Assembly: GCA_040235505.1 (NCBI GenBank)
Contig: JBECKW010000017.1
Coordinates: forward strand, 74,139 to 137,836
Source of the DNA: Desulfobacterales bacterium
GTDB taxonomy: Bacteria > Desulfobacterota > Desulfobacteria > Desulfobacterales > JAFDDL01
Length of the DNA: 63,698 nt
Reading direction: 5' to 3'
The notes under the pieces were generated by a model that was not told the origin of the DNA, did no database searches, and saw only the letters and a program-made list of their open reading frames with translations. Below, piece after piece: positions 21,915 to 31,672 of this stretch. The position numbers and the translations under genes are program-made. Position 1 is the first letter of the stretch; each line of letters starts with the position of its first letter.

Positions 21915-22438
21915 GGGCAGGCATCGTCTATTTCGTAGGCATAAAGGATTCTGGATTCCATCTCAATCTGCTTTTCGGTCAACGGCTTCCATGTTGCAAC
22001 GGAAATCAGGTGCGTCAGCTCGCTCCGGGAAGGAATGGCGTCAAGCCCCTCTCCCAGACACCGGCCGGAATCTCCGGAGAGCACCTCCGCATTCCGGCCG
22101 TTGGTGACCACCACCACCGGCACTTGATAGGGGGCGGACAGCCTGGAGAGTGCCAGGGCGGATCGGCGGCGGGTCAGAATCGAACCGGGGCCGTACTTGA
22201 CGATCATCGCCGTTCTGTGGTGAATCAGAATTCGGAAATCAAGGGGCACCTGCGCCCGATTCTCACCGCATGAGACGATAATTTTTTCTCCAGGTAGAAT
22301 ACTCTCCTTGGCGTAACCTTTTTGAAGTACCAGTCTCCTGGCCACCTCCTGGCGAAGGCGTTCATCGTGGGTGTCTTCAATGGTTTTTCCGGTGAGAAAA
22401 TCGATCAGTTCACCGAAAACGAAATGATGACCGGCCAT
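21887..22438 (-). CDS. Stand-alone type I restriction HsdR N-terminal-like domain protein
   Basis: ERLRQEVARRLVLQKGY, VPLDF, VVVVTNG resemble the HSDR_N fold; no helicase, methylase or specificity genes nearby. Confidence 0.6.
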   Translation of the reverse strand: MAGHHFVFGELIDFLTGKTIEDTHDERLRQEVARRLVLQKGYAKESILPGEKIIVSCGENRAQVPLDFRILIHHRTAMIVKYGPGSILTRRRSALALSRLSAPYQVPVVVVTNGRNAEVLSGDSGRCLGEGLDAIPSRSELTHLISVATWKPLTEKQIEMESRILYAYEIDDACPCDDTICKL

Positions 22439-22518
22439 GATCTCTGTCCGCCCTCTTTACAAGTGGTTGTTTCTGTGAAAACATTAATAGGCTTTCAGAG
22501 AAAAGTCAAAAGCCGGGA

Positions 22519-23622
22519 GTGGTAAACGATCAGGTCATGACCTCTATTCGGGAAAAATTTCAAGTCAGGGAAAAAAGTTTTCTCTCACCTCAAGGCTGCT
22601 TAAGCGCAGCCTCTTCCGGACGCCCGCGGAAGGAGCCGGAATGCCCTATTCGAACGCCGTTCCAAAGAGATCGGGATCGCATTGTCTATTCAAACGCCTT
22701 TCGCCGCCTGAAACATAAGACCCAGGTGTTTTTAACCCCCCTTGGCCTGTCCGACCACTACCGGACCCGACTGACCCATACCCTGGAGGTTGCGGAAATC
22801 TCCCGGGCCATCTCCCGGGCCCTGCGCCTGAATGAAGATCTTGCCGAAGCCATCGCCCTTGGACACGATTTGGGCCACACCCCCTTCGGACACAGCGGCG
22901 AGACGGTTTTAAAGGAAATTTTTTCACGCAATTTCACCCATCAGGCCCAGAGCCTTCGGGTGGTGGACCTGCTTGAAAACAACGGCCGGGGGCTTAACCT
23001 CTCGAATGAGGTGCGGGACGGAATTTTAAAGCATTCCAAGGGGTATGGCAAAATCATGCCGGAGGACCCCGAGAAGCTGCCCCATACCATGGAGGGACGG
23101 GTGGTTCGATTTGCCGATATCATGGCATACCTGAACCACGATCTGGACGATGCCGTTCGAAGCCGGATCATCACCCTGGACGATGTACCGGAAGAATGTT
23201 TAAATATCATCGGAGAAACTCATTCGGAACGGGCCACCCGGATGATCAGCGACCTTATATATACCAGTGATGAGCGGGACGGGATGCTTGAGTTTCGAAT
23301 GAGCGATCCCATGTATGACGCCATGATCACACTTCGCAAATTCTTATACATGAAAGTCTATCGTGCATCCCGGGTACACACCGCCTTTGTAAAGGCCAAG
23401 AAGATCCTGTCGGAGCTATACTATTATTTCCTGACACACGCGGACCTGCTTCAAACGGAGCTCTCGGAGATGGAAATGGACCAGTGCCACATGGATGGAA
23501 GCCCCCGGGAGCAGGTCGTGTGTGATTGTATTGCCAGCATGACCGACCAGCGTGCTCTGAACCTGTATGAGCGGATTTTTTTTCCCGCTCCGCTGGAAAA
23601 GGAGCTGCTTCAATGGAATTGA
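22519..23622 (+). CDS. dgt: Deoxyguanosinetriphosphate triphosphohydrolase (short dGTPase)
   Basis: RTPFQRDRDRIVYSNAFRRLKHKTQVF, RTRLTHTLEV, HDLGHTPFGHSGE, ADIMAYLNHDLDD, DCIASMTD. Exact start uncertain. Confidence 0.93.
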   Translation: MVNDQVMTSIREKFQVREKSFLSPQGCLSAASSGRPRKEPECPIRTPFQRDRDRIVYSNAFRRLKHKTQVFLTPLGLSDHYRTRLTHTLEVAEISRAISRALRLNEDLAEAIALGHDLGHTPFGHSGETVLKEIFSRNFTHQAQSLRVVDLLENNGRGLNLSNEVRDGILKHSKGYGKIMPEDPEKLPHTMEGRVVRFADIMAYLNHDLDDAVRSRIITLDDVPEECLNIIGETHSERATRMISDLIYTSDERDGMLEFRMSDPMYDAMITLRKFLYMKVYRASRVHTAFVKAKKILSELYYYFLTHADLLQTELSEMEMDQCHMDGSPREQVVCDCIASMTDQRALNLYERIFFPAPLEKELLQWN

Positions 23623-24206
23623 AAGACGAAGAGCGCCTGACGCCCTTTATAAACAGACTGAAAGATCTCTATGCGCGCATGGATCGCAGCTATCAGGAGG
23701 TCGCGGATCGATACGGGTTTCATTGCCAGGGGTGTGAGGAGAGTTGCTGTCGAACGACCTTTTATCACCACACATGGGTGGAATACCTTTATTTAAAGGC
23801 CGGGGTTCAGGAGCTTTCCCGGGAAGTGCGAGAGGACCTTCTTCTTTCGGCACAAAAGGTGTCGGCACAGACGGGTACAGGGCTTTTCTGCCCTCTGAAC
23901 CAAGACGGGAAATGCATGCTGTATGCCTATCGGCCCATGATCTGCCGGCTTCACGGCATTGCCCACGAACTTCGCCGCCCGGACGGATCCGTCCACTATG
24001 GACCCGGATGTGCGGCCTTTGAGGCAGCGGCCGGGGAAACAGCTTACATTCCCTTTGATCGGAGCGGGTTTTACTGGGAATTGTCAAGGCTGGAGCGAGA
24101 AGTCAGAGCGGCCCTGGGCAATTACGATCGGATAAAAATGACGGTTTCACAGATGGTGGAAACAATGCTGAATAAAGAACCATCTACAGGAAGCTTCCAC
24201 CGATGA
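23613..24206 (+). CDS. YkgJ-family Cys-cluster (putative Zn/Fe-chelating) protein
   Basis: CQGCEESCC, CPLNQDGKCMLYAYRPMICRLHG. Confidence 0.8.
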   Translation: MELKDEERLTPFINRLKDLYARMDRSYQEVADRYGFHCQGCEESCCRTTFYHHTWVEYLYLKAGVQELSREVREDLLLSAQKVSAQTGTGLFCPLNQDGKCMLYAYRPMICRLHGIAHELRRPDGSVHYGPGCAAFEAAAGETAYIPFDRSGFYWELSRLEREVRAALGNYDRIKMTVSQMVETMLNKEPSTGSFHR

Positions 24207-24991
24207 AAAGTATTGATACTGAAAAGATAGACAGGTTGCGAGGCCGGCGGGTCGGCGAGACGGATACTTTTCATTTCAAATGCCATTCGGGGTTGTCCTG
24301 TTTCAACCGGTGCTGTCGCAATTTAAACCTGTTTTTATATCCCTACGACGTGCTCCGGCTGAAAAACCGGTTGAACCTCAGTTCCGATGTCTTTCTCGAA
24401 CAGCACGTGGACGTGGTGCTTCGGGAGGGAAATTTTTTTCCCGAGGTGCTGCTTCGCATGGCGGACACCGCTGAAAAGACCTGCCCGTTTCTGTCCGATG
24501 CGGGGTGCCGGGTGTACCCGGACCGTCCGGATACCTGCCGAAGTTTTCCGGTGGAGCACGGGGTATTGTTTGATTCATCCGGAAAGGTGGCGGAGCGGGT
24601 TTCTTTTTTCAGGCCCCCCGAATTCTGCCAGGGGCAATTTGAAACCGTCCCCTGGACCTTGTCATCCTGGAGCGATGACCAGCAGGCGGCTGTACACCAT
24701 GAGATGACCATCCGGTGGGCGGAGCTGAAACAGCGTTTTACCGTCGATCCCTGGAGGGGCGAAGGTCCTGCGGGGCCCCGGGCGAAAATGGTCTTCATGG
24801 CAACTTACAACCTGGACCGGTTCAGGGAGTTTGTCTTCGGAAGCAGTTTTCTCAAGCGCTACCATGTCAAACCGGTCACCGTCAAAAAGGTGCAATCGGA
24901 CGATACGGCGTTGATGAAGCTCGGTTTTGCCTGGGTCGGGCTCTTTCTATGGGGAATCCAGACACCCATCATCAAGCTGAAAGGACGGTAA
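24203..24991 (+). CDS. YkgJ-family Cys-cluster protein
   Basis: CHSGLSCFNRCC, CPFLSDAGCRVYPDRPDTCRSFP; paralogue of 61336-62130. Confidence 0.85.
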   Translation: MKSIDTEKIDRLRGRRVGETDTFHFKCHSGLSCFNRCCRNLNLFLYPYDVLRLKNRLNLSSDVFLEQHVDVVLREGNFFPEVLLRMADTAEKTCPFLSDAGCRVYPDRPDTCRSFPVEHGVLFDSSGKVAERVSFFRPPEFCQGQFETVPWTLSSWSDDQQAAVHHEMTIRWAELKQRFTVDPWRGEGPAGPRAKMVFMATYNLDRFREFVFGSSFLKRYHVKPVTVKKVQSDDTALMKLGFAWVGLFLWGIQTPIIKLKGR

Positions 24992-25020
24992 TCGCACCTT
25001 GCCCATCAACGGGACAGAAA

Positions 25021-25911
25021 ATGATACTGAGCATCGGTGAAATTCTCTACGACATGTTCCCAGACGGGAGGCGTCTGGGCGGCGCCCCCTTCAATTTTGC
25101 CTATCATCTGAAAAAAATAGGGTTTCCCATTCGATTTCTATCGAAGGTCGGCCGGGATGAAGCCGGGGATGCGATCTGCAAGCGCATCGTGGACGCAGGC
25201 TTTCTCCCTGAAGATATCGGGATCGATTCGCAGCATGACACCGGACGGGTCCAGGTGACCCTGGATGAGACCGGTAGCCCGAGCTTTCACATAGTTTCCA
25301 ACGTCGCTTACGATTTCATAGCCCCGGAGGAACATGTGACGGCCCTGGTTGAAAGTGCTCCGGACCTGATTTACTTCGGCTCGCTGATTCAGCGTACCGA
25401 GACCGGTTTTCGAAATCTGCATTCGATTCTGAACCGGCGGAAAAAACCAACCCGGCTTTTTTATGACATGAATCTTCGGGAGGGCTGCCGGAAACGGGAG
25501 ATTATTGAAACCTCCCTTGCGCGGGCGGACGTTCTGAAGCTCAGCGACGAAGAACTGACGGCATCGGCAAATCTTCTGGAGGTTCCGGGGGAGGGGGATC
25601 CGTTGGTGGAGACGTTGATGAAAAAATTCGATATTTCCATTGTGGCCTTGACTCGGGGAGCGGCAGGAAGCTGTCTTTACATGAACCATCGTCGCTATCC
25701 AAGTGCACCGGCAACCGGTATTCGGGTGGAGGACACCGTCGGCGCCGGGGACGGCTATGCAGCCATGCTGGCGGCCGGTATTCTTGACGGGCTACCGCCG
25801 GAAGCCATGGCTGCCGAAGCGACCCGGTTTTCCGCTCGGATATGTACAATCAGCGGGGCCATTCCCGAAAACGACAAATTTTATGAGGAATTCAGGAGAA
25901 AACACGGATGA
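25021..25911 (+). CDS. PfkB-family carbohydrate kinase (probable fructokinase)
   Basis: IGEILYD, GGAPFNFAYHL, YDMNLR, LKLSDEEL, DTVGAGDGY. True start is ATG 25021; the track extension to 24715 overlaps the upstream gene. Confidence 0.9.
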   Translation: MILSIGEILYDMFPDGRRLGGAPFNFAYHLKKIGFPIRFLSKVGRDEAGDAICKRIVDAGFLPEDIGIDSQHDTGRVQVTLDETGSPSFHIVSNVAYDFIAPEEHVTALVESAPDLIYFGSLIQRTETGFRNLHSILNRRKKPTRLFYDMNLREGCRKREIIETSLARADVLKLSDEELTASANLLEVPGEGDPLVETLMKKFDISIVALTRGAAGSCLYMNHRRYPSAPATGIRVEDTVGAGDGYAAMLAAGILDGLPPEAMAAEATRFSARICTISGAIPENDKFYEEFRRKHG

Positions 25912-28103
25912 ACAGCGGCAGGTACATACAGATGTTCAGTATTCACGGGCTGCTTCGTTCCGAGAATCTGGAGCTGGGCCGGGATGCCGATACCGGAGGG
26001 CAGATTAACTACGTACTGGACCTCGGAAAGGCGCTTTCGTCGATGGATGTGGTCAGGCGAGTGGATCTGTTTACCCGGCTGGTATCGGACCGAGCTGTTT
26101 CCGGCGATTACGGGAAGCACATCGAAACAGTGAACGACAAATTCCGTATTGTCCGTATCCGCTGCGGAGGAAGCAGATATCTTCGAAAGGAACTTTTGTG
26201 GAACAGCCTGGACGAATTTATCGACGGCACCATTAAATTCATCAAGCGCGAAAACGCGATTCCCGATGTGGTTCACGGCCACTATGCGGATGGCGGATAC
26301 GTGGCAAGGGAACTATCCGGGATTTTCGGTATCCCCTTTGTCTTTACGGGGCATTCCCTCGGTCGGGTCAAAAAACAGAAAATGCTTGCGGACGGCATGG
26401 GGGAAGAGGAAATCGAAAAAAAACTGAATATGAATCGCCGGATCCATGCCGAGGAAGATGTTCTCAAAGCCGCCGACATCGTGATCACGAGCACCCGTCA
26501 GGAAAAGGAAGAACAGTACGGATTGTACAGAAACCATTCCGTGCCCCTGTACCGGGTGATTCCTCCGGGACTTGATATGGAGAAGTTTTATCCGTTTTAT
26601 CATGATATATTATCGGAAAACGAACGGGCCGAAGATGCGCGGTATGCCCAGGCCAAGGTGCTTCAGGAATTGGATCGGTTTTTCATACATCCGGATAAAC
26701 CGCTGATTCTCGCCCTGTGCCGGCCGGACAAGCGAAAAAACATCAGCGGACTGGTGCGGGCTTTCGGCGAGGACCTTCAGCTTCAGGCCATGGCCAATCT
26801 GGCGATTTTCGCGGGAATTCGAAAAGACATCCGCCAGATGGGAGAAAATGAACGGGAAGTTCTGACCGAGATGCTGCTGATGATGGACACCTACGACCTT
26901 TACGGAAAAATGGCCATCCCCAAGCGACATGATTTTGAACTTGAGGTCCCGGAACTGTATCGCATCACGGCCCGCAAAAAGGGTGTTTTTGTGAATCCCG
27001 CACATACGGAGCCTTTCGGACTGACCCTGCTGGAGGCTTCGGCCACAGGTGTTCCGGTCGTGGCCACCAATGACGGCGGGCCCCGGGACATTCTGGCCAA
27101 CTGCAAGAACGGCGAGCTGGTGGATCCAGCGGATACAAAGGGCATCGCCTCGGTGGTGAAGGAAATCATTTCAAACGGCAGCACATGGGAGCGTTATTCC
27201 AAAAACGGAATCCGGAATGTGCGACAGCATTATACATGGATTCGTCACGCCCAGCGATATGCGGAAGCGCTGGAGACGATTCTGTCCCAGGGAGTGTCCA
27301 CAGACGATATGGCGGCGGCAGCCCCATTAGATGCCATTGGTCGCAGACTCGCAAAGCTGAACTATTTTATTATTTCGGATATCGACAACACGCTTATCGG
27401 GGAGAACAACGAACATCTGCCGGAGCTTGTGCGGCTGCTTTCCCGCCATCGGCAGCACATCGGTTTCGGTGTGGCCAGCGGCAGAACGATCGCCTCCATC
27501 GAGCAGGCGCTGAAAGCGCATGACATTCCGCAGCCGGATATCATTATCTCCTCGGTGGGGGTGGAGATTTACTACGGCCGGGAGCGCTATCCCGGAAAGG
27601 GATGGAGCACTCATATCGCCAGCAAGTGGGACCGGGAAAAAATATTTCGGCTTCTCAGCCGGTTTGATTTCCTCGAATACCAGGAGGAGACCACTCAGCG
27701 GCCGTTCAAAATCAGTTACCATATGGCACCCGGAAAGGACCGGCTGGCAATGATTCACAATCTGCTTCTGGAAAACAAATGCCGCTACCAGTTGATTTAT
27801 TCCCATGAAGAATACCTGGACATTCTTCCTTACCGGGCATCCAAGGGAAAGGCGATCCGATACCTGAGCTACAAATGGGACATCCCCTTGGGAAATTTTC
27901 TGGTTTGCGGCGACTCCGGTAACGACGAAGAAATGCTTCGGGGTGAGCCCCTGGCGGCCGTGGTCGGTAACTACAGCCCGGAACTTGAGAGGCTGAAAGG
28001 AAATAAAAACGTTTTCTTTTCAAGCCGGTTCTGCGCCGGCGGTATTCTTGAGGCCATTGAAAAATACCGGTTTATTGAAAAAGCAACACGAGGAGAGCCA
28101 TGA
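25908..28103 (+). CDS. sps: Bifunctional sucrose-phosphate synthase / sucrose-phosphate phosphatase (GT4 + HAD)
   Basis: HGLLRSENLELGRDADTGGQ, HGHYADGG, FTGHSLG, LCRPDKRKN, EPFGLTLLEA; HAD domain with intact DIDNT, SKGKA and GDSGND. Confidence 0.92.
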   Translation: MNSGRYIQMFSIHGLLRSENLELGRDADTGGQINYVLDLGKALSSMDVVRRVDLFTRLVSDRAVSGDYGKHIETVNDKFRIVRIRCGGSRYLRKELLWNSLDEFIDGTIKFIKRENAIPDVVHGHYADGGYVARELSGIFGIPFVFTGHSLGRVKKQKMLADGMGEEEIEKKLNMNRRIHAEEDVLKAADIVITSTRQEKEEQYGLYRNHSVPLYRVIPPGLDMEKFYPFYHDILSENERAEDARYAQAKVLQELDRFFIHPDKPLILALCRPDKRKNISGLVRAFGEDLQLQAMANLAIFAGIRKDIRQMGENEREVLTEMLLMMDTYDLYGKMAIPKRHDFELEVPELYRITARKKGVFVNPAHTEPFGLTLLEASATGVPVVATNDGGPRDILANCKNGELVDPADTKGIASVVKEIISNGSTWERYSKNGIRNVRQHYTWIRHAQRYAEALETILSQGVSTDDMAAAAPLDAIGRRLAKLNYFIISDIDNTLIGENNEHLPELVRLLSRHRQHIGFGVASGRTIASIEQALKAHDIPQPDIIISSVGVEIYYGRERYPGKGWSTHIASKWDREKIFRLLSRFDFLEYQEETTQRPFKISYHMAPGKDRLAMIHNLLLENKCRYQLIYSHEEYLDILPYRASKGKAIRYLSYKWDIPLGNFLVCGDSGNDEEMLRGEPLAAVVGNYSPELERLKGNKNVFFSSRFCAGGILEAIEKYRFIEKATRGEP

Positions 28104-29551
28104 GTCTTCGAAACCAGGTACAGCTTATCACCTATCCGGACAGTCTGGGGCAAAATCTGCTGGAATTGCACTATGTGCTGCGAAGGTATTTTCGGGGAAT
28201 GGTCGGCGGTGTCCACCTGCTGCCGTTTTATCCCTCTTCGGCGGATCGAGGGTTTTCACCCATTACCTATGATGAGGTGGATCCGGTGTTCGGCACATGG
28301 CAAGATGTGGCGGCCATCAGCCGGGATTTTGATCTTATCATCGATTTCATGGTCAATCATATTTCCAGACAATCCGTTTTTTTTCAGGATTATCTCGATA
28401 AGGGGACGGAGAGTGAATATGCCGACATGTTCCTTACCTTTCACAAGCTGAGTCCCGACGGCAACATTTCAGATGAAGATCTTGCAAAGGTCTACAGCCG
28501 GAAGCCGAGGCATCCATACACGGTCATCGAACGGCCCGATGGATCCAAGGAAAAAATCTGGTGCACCTTCGAATATGAGCAGATCGATCTGGACTGGAAC
28601 TCCCCCAAAACCCGCCAGATCATGCGCAACTACCTGATTAAGCTGGCGAGAAACAACGTCAAGATGATCCGGATGGACGCCTTTGCCTACACCACCGTTA
28701 AGATCGGTACCAACTGCTTTTTCCTGGAGCCGGAAGTCTGGGAACTTCTGGAATGGCTCAAGAACTTTGTGGCGCCTTTTGACACGGAAATTCTGCCGGA
28801 GGTTCATGAGCACCACAGCTATCAGTTGCGCCTGGCGGAAAAGGGCTACTGGGTCTATGACTTTGCGCTTCCCATGCTGGTGATGCACACACTTTATCAC
28901 CATACGAGCCGCAGACTGGTGGCGTGGCTGAAAAAATGTCCCCGACGGCAGATCACGACACTGGATACCCACGACGGCATCGGTGTCGTGGATGTGGCAG
29001 GCCTGATGAGTCAGGCAGAAATCGATAAAACCCTCAATGGTCTTTATGAGAAAGGCTCCAACATCAAACGGATATACTCCGGTCCGGAATACCAGAACCT
29101 GGATGTCTACCAGGTAAACTGCACCTATTATTCCGCCCTGGAAGAAAACGACAAATCCTATCTGGCGGCCCGGGCGATACAGTTTTTTACCCCTGGAATT
29201 CCCCAGGTTTACTATGTGGGGCTTCTCGCGGGACAAAACGATATCGATCTGGTGGAGCTGACCAAAAACGGTCGTAACATCAACCGCCACAATTACAGCC
29301 TGGAAGAAATTGAAGCGGCGGTCCAGAAGCCGGTGGTCCGGCGCCTTATGCGCCTGATGGAGTTTAGAAACCGCTATCCGGTGTTCGACGGTGAATTTTT
29401 TGTTGAAGAAGCCGAGTCCGAGCACCGGTTGGCCATGATGTGGCAGAAAGATTCGCTCCAGGCCACGCTCCATGTGGATCTCAAGAGCTATGACACCCGG
29501 ATCACCTATTTCGATCCGGAGAAGAAGGAGAATGTGTTGTATGTTGTATAG
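28100..29551 (+). CDS. gtfA: Sucrose phosphorylase (GH13_18)
   Basis: NQVQLITYPDSLG, GGVHLLPFY, DFMVNHIS, RMDAFAY, LPEVHEH, TLDTHDGIGVVD, NLDVYQVNCTYYSAL. Confidence 0.9.
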   Translation: MSLRNQVQLITYPDSLGQNLLELHYVLRRYFRGMVGGVHLLPFYPSSADRGFSPITYDEVDPVFGTWQDVAAISRDFDLIIDFMVNHISRQSVFFQDYLDKGTESEYADMFLTFHKLSPDGNISDEDLAKVYSRKPRHPYTVIERPDGSKEKIWCTFEYEQIDLDWNSPKTRQIMRNYLIKLARNNVKMIRMDAFAYTTVKIGTNCFFLEPEVWELLEWLKNFVAPFDTEILPEVHEHHSYQLRLAEKGYWVYDFALPMLVMHTLYHHTSRRLVAWLKKCPRRQITTLDTHDGIGVVDVAGLMSQAEIDKTLNGLYEKGSNIKRIYSGPEYQNLDVYQVNCTYYSALEENDKSYLAARAIQFFTPGIPQVYYVGLLAGQNDIDLVELTKNGRNINRHNYSLEEIEAAVQKPVVRRLMRLMEFRNRYPVFDGEFFVEEAESEHRLAMMWQKDSLQATLHVDLKSYDTRITYFDPEKKENVLYVV

Positions 29552-29633
29552 GCTGGGATGCTGGGAGGCCAGAAGGCTTGGAAGCTAAAACAAAAACCAA
29601 CTTCGTAAAATTACAGCATCCCAGCCTCCCAGC
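29552..29633. repeat. Inverted tandem 8-mer element between convergent genes
   Basis: Left arm gctgggat gctgggag gccagaag gcttggaa; right arm gcatccca gcctccca gc. Confidence 0.75.
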
Positions 29634-29634
29634 T

Positions 29635-30450
29635 TTATACCACGCCCTTCGGCATGGGACCGGTTTCTTCGCCCCCCAGAACGTAGCCGCCGTCCAGCCG
29701 GAGCACGCTGCCGGTCATAAAGGGCGCGTCCGAGATAAGAAACCGAATCGCCCTTACAACATCCTCTGTCCGGCCGGTGCGCTGCAGAAGTGTGTGATCC
29801 ATTAGCGCCTTTTTCTGATCTTCCGTGAGAAGCCCCCATCCCCGGGTTTTTTCCCCGTGACGTGTTTCAAAAAACCCCAGCATGAGTTCGTTGACCCGAA
29901 CCTCCGGCGCCCCCAGGCGCGCCCAGGTTTCCGTCAGAAGAGAAATCCCGCGGTTGGCCGCCGCATAGCCGTCATTGAACACAAACCGCGCAGGACCTGT
30001 TCGGCCCACCAGAGCGGAAATGGAAGAAATGTTGATGACAGCCCCATTTCCCGTTTTCTTCAAATGCGGCAATGCGGCATCGAACACCCACCGTTTTGCC
30101 CGAAGCGTGGTTGCCAGTTCCAGATCCCATTGATCCTTTATATATGGCCCATGAACCACCGGCCATCCACCCCGCTCAATGTTATTGATCAGGATGTCCA
30201 GCCTCCCGAAGCGCGTCATCACCGCATCCACAAGGCCATTTATTTCCCCCGTTTCCAGAAGATTAATCCGATGGATCAAATGCGGCGTCCCGGTGTCGCT
30301 CATATCCGATCGGAGAGATTTCAATGACTCTTCCCAATCGTAATACGTCAGGGCCGTAGAAACGCCCTGTTTGGCCAAATCGAGGGCGATGGCCTTTCCA
30401 ATGCCTTTGACGGCGCCGAGTACCAGGGCGACCTTTCCATTGAGATTCAT
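29635..30450 (-). CDS. SDR-family oxidoreductase
   Basis: GKVALVLGAVKGIG, LDILINN, NISS, YAAAN (YxxxK altered), VRVNEL, FMTGSVLRLDGG. Start ATG 30450. Confidence 0.88.
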   Translation of the reverse strand: MNLNGKVALVLGAVKGIGKAIALDLAKQGVSTALTYYDWEESLKSLRSDMSDTGTPHLIHRINLLETGEINGLVDAVMTRFGRLDILINNIERGGWPVVHGPYIKDQWDLELATTLRAKRWVFDAALPHLKKTGNGAVINISSISALVGRTGPARFVFNDGYAAANRGISLLTETWARLGAPEVRVNELMLGFFETRHGEKTRGWGLLTEDQKKALMDHTLLQRTGRTEDVVRAIRFLISDAPFMTGSVLRLDGGYVLGGEETGPMPKGVV

Positions 30451-30862
30451 AAGGGTGCATCCTTGAAAATAGAGTTGAGAACACCTGTTGGCGACAGACC
30501 GCAACTTTTTCAGGTAGCATGTTCCGGGGGGAAGTCAACCATAATCCGGCACGGACAGAAGGGCCCAAAAATAACTGAATAAGATTCATTAATTTAATAC
30601 CTCCCGCCGATTTGGAGGTGCAGGTGATAAACATGGAACGAGAGATGATATAACCTTCTGAATAAGCGAGGCTTTTGTGTTTTTTTAGATAGTCTTTCCA
30701 TATGTCGCCGCCTAGAGGGTCTCTTCTGAAGTTCCCCGTTTTCATCAATCGTGAAATTACTACATATGGTATGAATACATATACCGACACCTATATATTG
30801 TTTTTGTATTTTCCTGCTTTGGTTTTCAACGCTTTTTACAGGGACTCGATCAACAAAAAATG

Positions 30863-30891
30863 TTGACAAGATTCAGACTGGGTGATATCTG
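30863..30891 (+). promoter_or_regulatory. Possible aprBA promoter
   Basis: Perfect TTGACA at 30863-30868; the -10 match is poor (GATATC/TATCTG). Confidence 0.35.
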
Positions 30892-31153
30892 GTATCCTTT
30901 GGTGGAAAATTTTCTATCGTCCTGCTTTTTAAGGATTTTTTTCATCTTCAGACGCTTTCGGGCCAACACCGAAACAGGTACTTGAACAGCCGTTTGGCTG
31001 GCTGAAAAACAGGAGATCTACAGTTAAGGATGGATTCAAACATTATATAAAAGACAGAGAAGGGAGGTGTCGCTTACATACGCTTTTAAACCATGTTTAT
31101 AGACAAGTGTTTTTATAGAACCGATTACGAACAACCATGAGGAGGTATCGTAA

Positions 31154-31591
31154 ATGCCAAGTTTTGTCATCAATGAGAAATGTGACGGTTGTAAAGGTGG
31201 CGATAAGACTGCCTGTATGTACATTTGCCCGAACGACCTGATGGTATTGGACCCCAACGCAATGAAGGCTTACAACCAGGAGCCGGATCAGTGCTGGGAA
31301 TGTTTTTCCTGCGTAAAAATCTGCCCCACCCAGGCCATCGAAGTAAGAGGATATTCCGACTTTGTGCCACTGGGAAGCAGCATCATGCCGATGCTGGGTA
31401 CCGAAGATGTTATGTGGACCTGCAAATTCAGAAATGGCCTAATTAAACGCTTTAAGTTCCCCATCCGTACCACCCCCGAGGGTGCGGCGAATTCCTATGA
31501 CGACTTGAAAGGCAAAGACCTTGAGAGCCCCTATCTGTCCACGGAAGAGGCCGATGGGTTCCAATTGCCGAAACCCCAGGCCCTTGTTTAA
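31154..31591 (+). CDS. aprB: Adenylylsulfate reductase beta subunit
   Basis: MPSFV..KCDGCKGGDKTACMYICPNDLM..CWECFSCVKICPTQAI..FKFPIRTTPEG. Confidence 0.99.
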   Translation: MPSFVINEKCDGCKGGDKTACMYICPNDLMVLDPNAMKAYNQEPDQCWECFSCVKICPTQAIEVRGYSDFVPLGSSIMPMLGTEDVMWTCKFRNGLIKRFKFPIRTTPEGAANSYDDLKGKDLESPYLSTEEADGFQLPKPQALV

Positions 31592-31672
31592 TCATGCCTG
31601 GTGCGTTCAAGATCAACCACAGAAGAAACTTTAATAAGCGTGCTTACTTATTTCAGGTAAGGAGGAAATGAT

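Noticed and set aside
21357-23622. Deaminase next to a dGTPase as a nucleotide-depletion anti-phage system
   Set aside because: The genes are divergent. The dGTPase is the short housekeeping-like type heading a metabolic operon, and the deaminase lacks the kinase-like domain of defensive dCTP deaminases.
30749-30766. Possible Rex operator upstream of aprB (tcgtgaa-atta-ctacata)
   Set aside because: Only the left half-site fits; the right half has too many mismatches.
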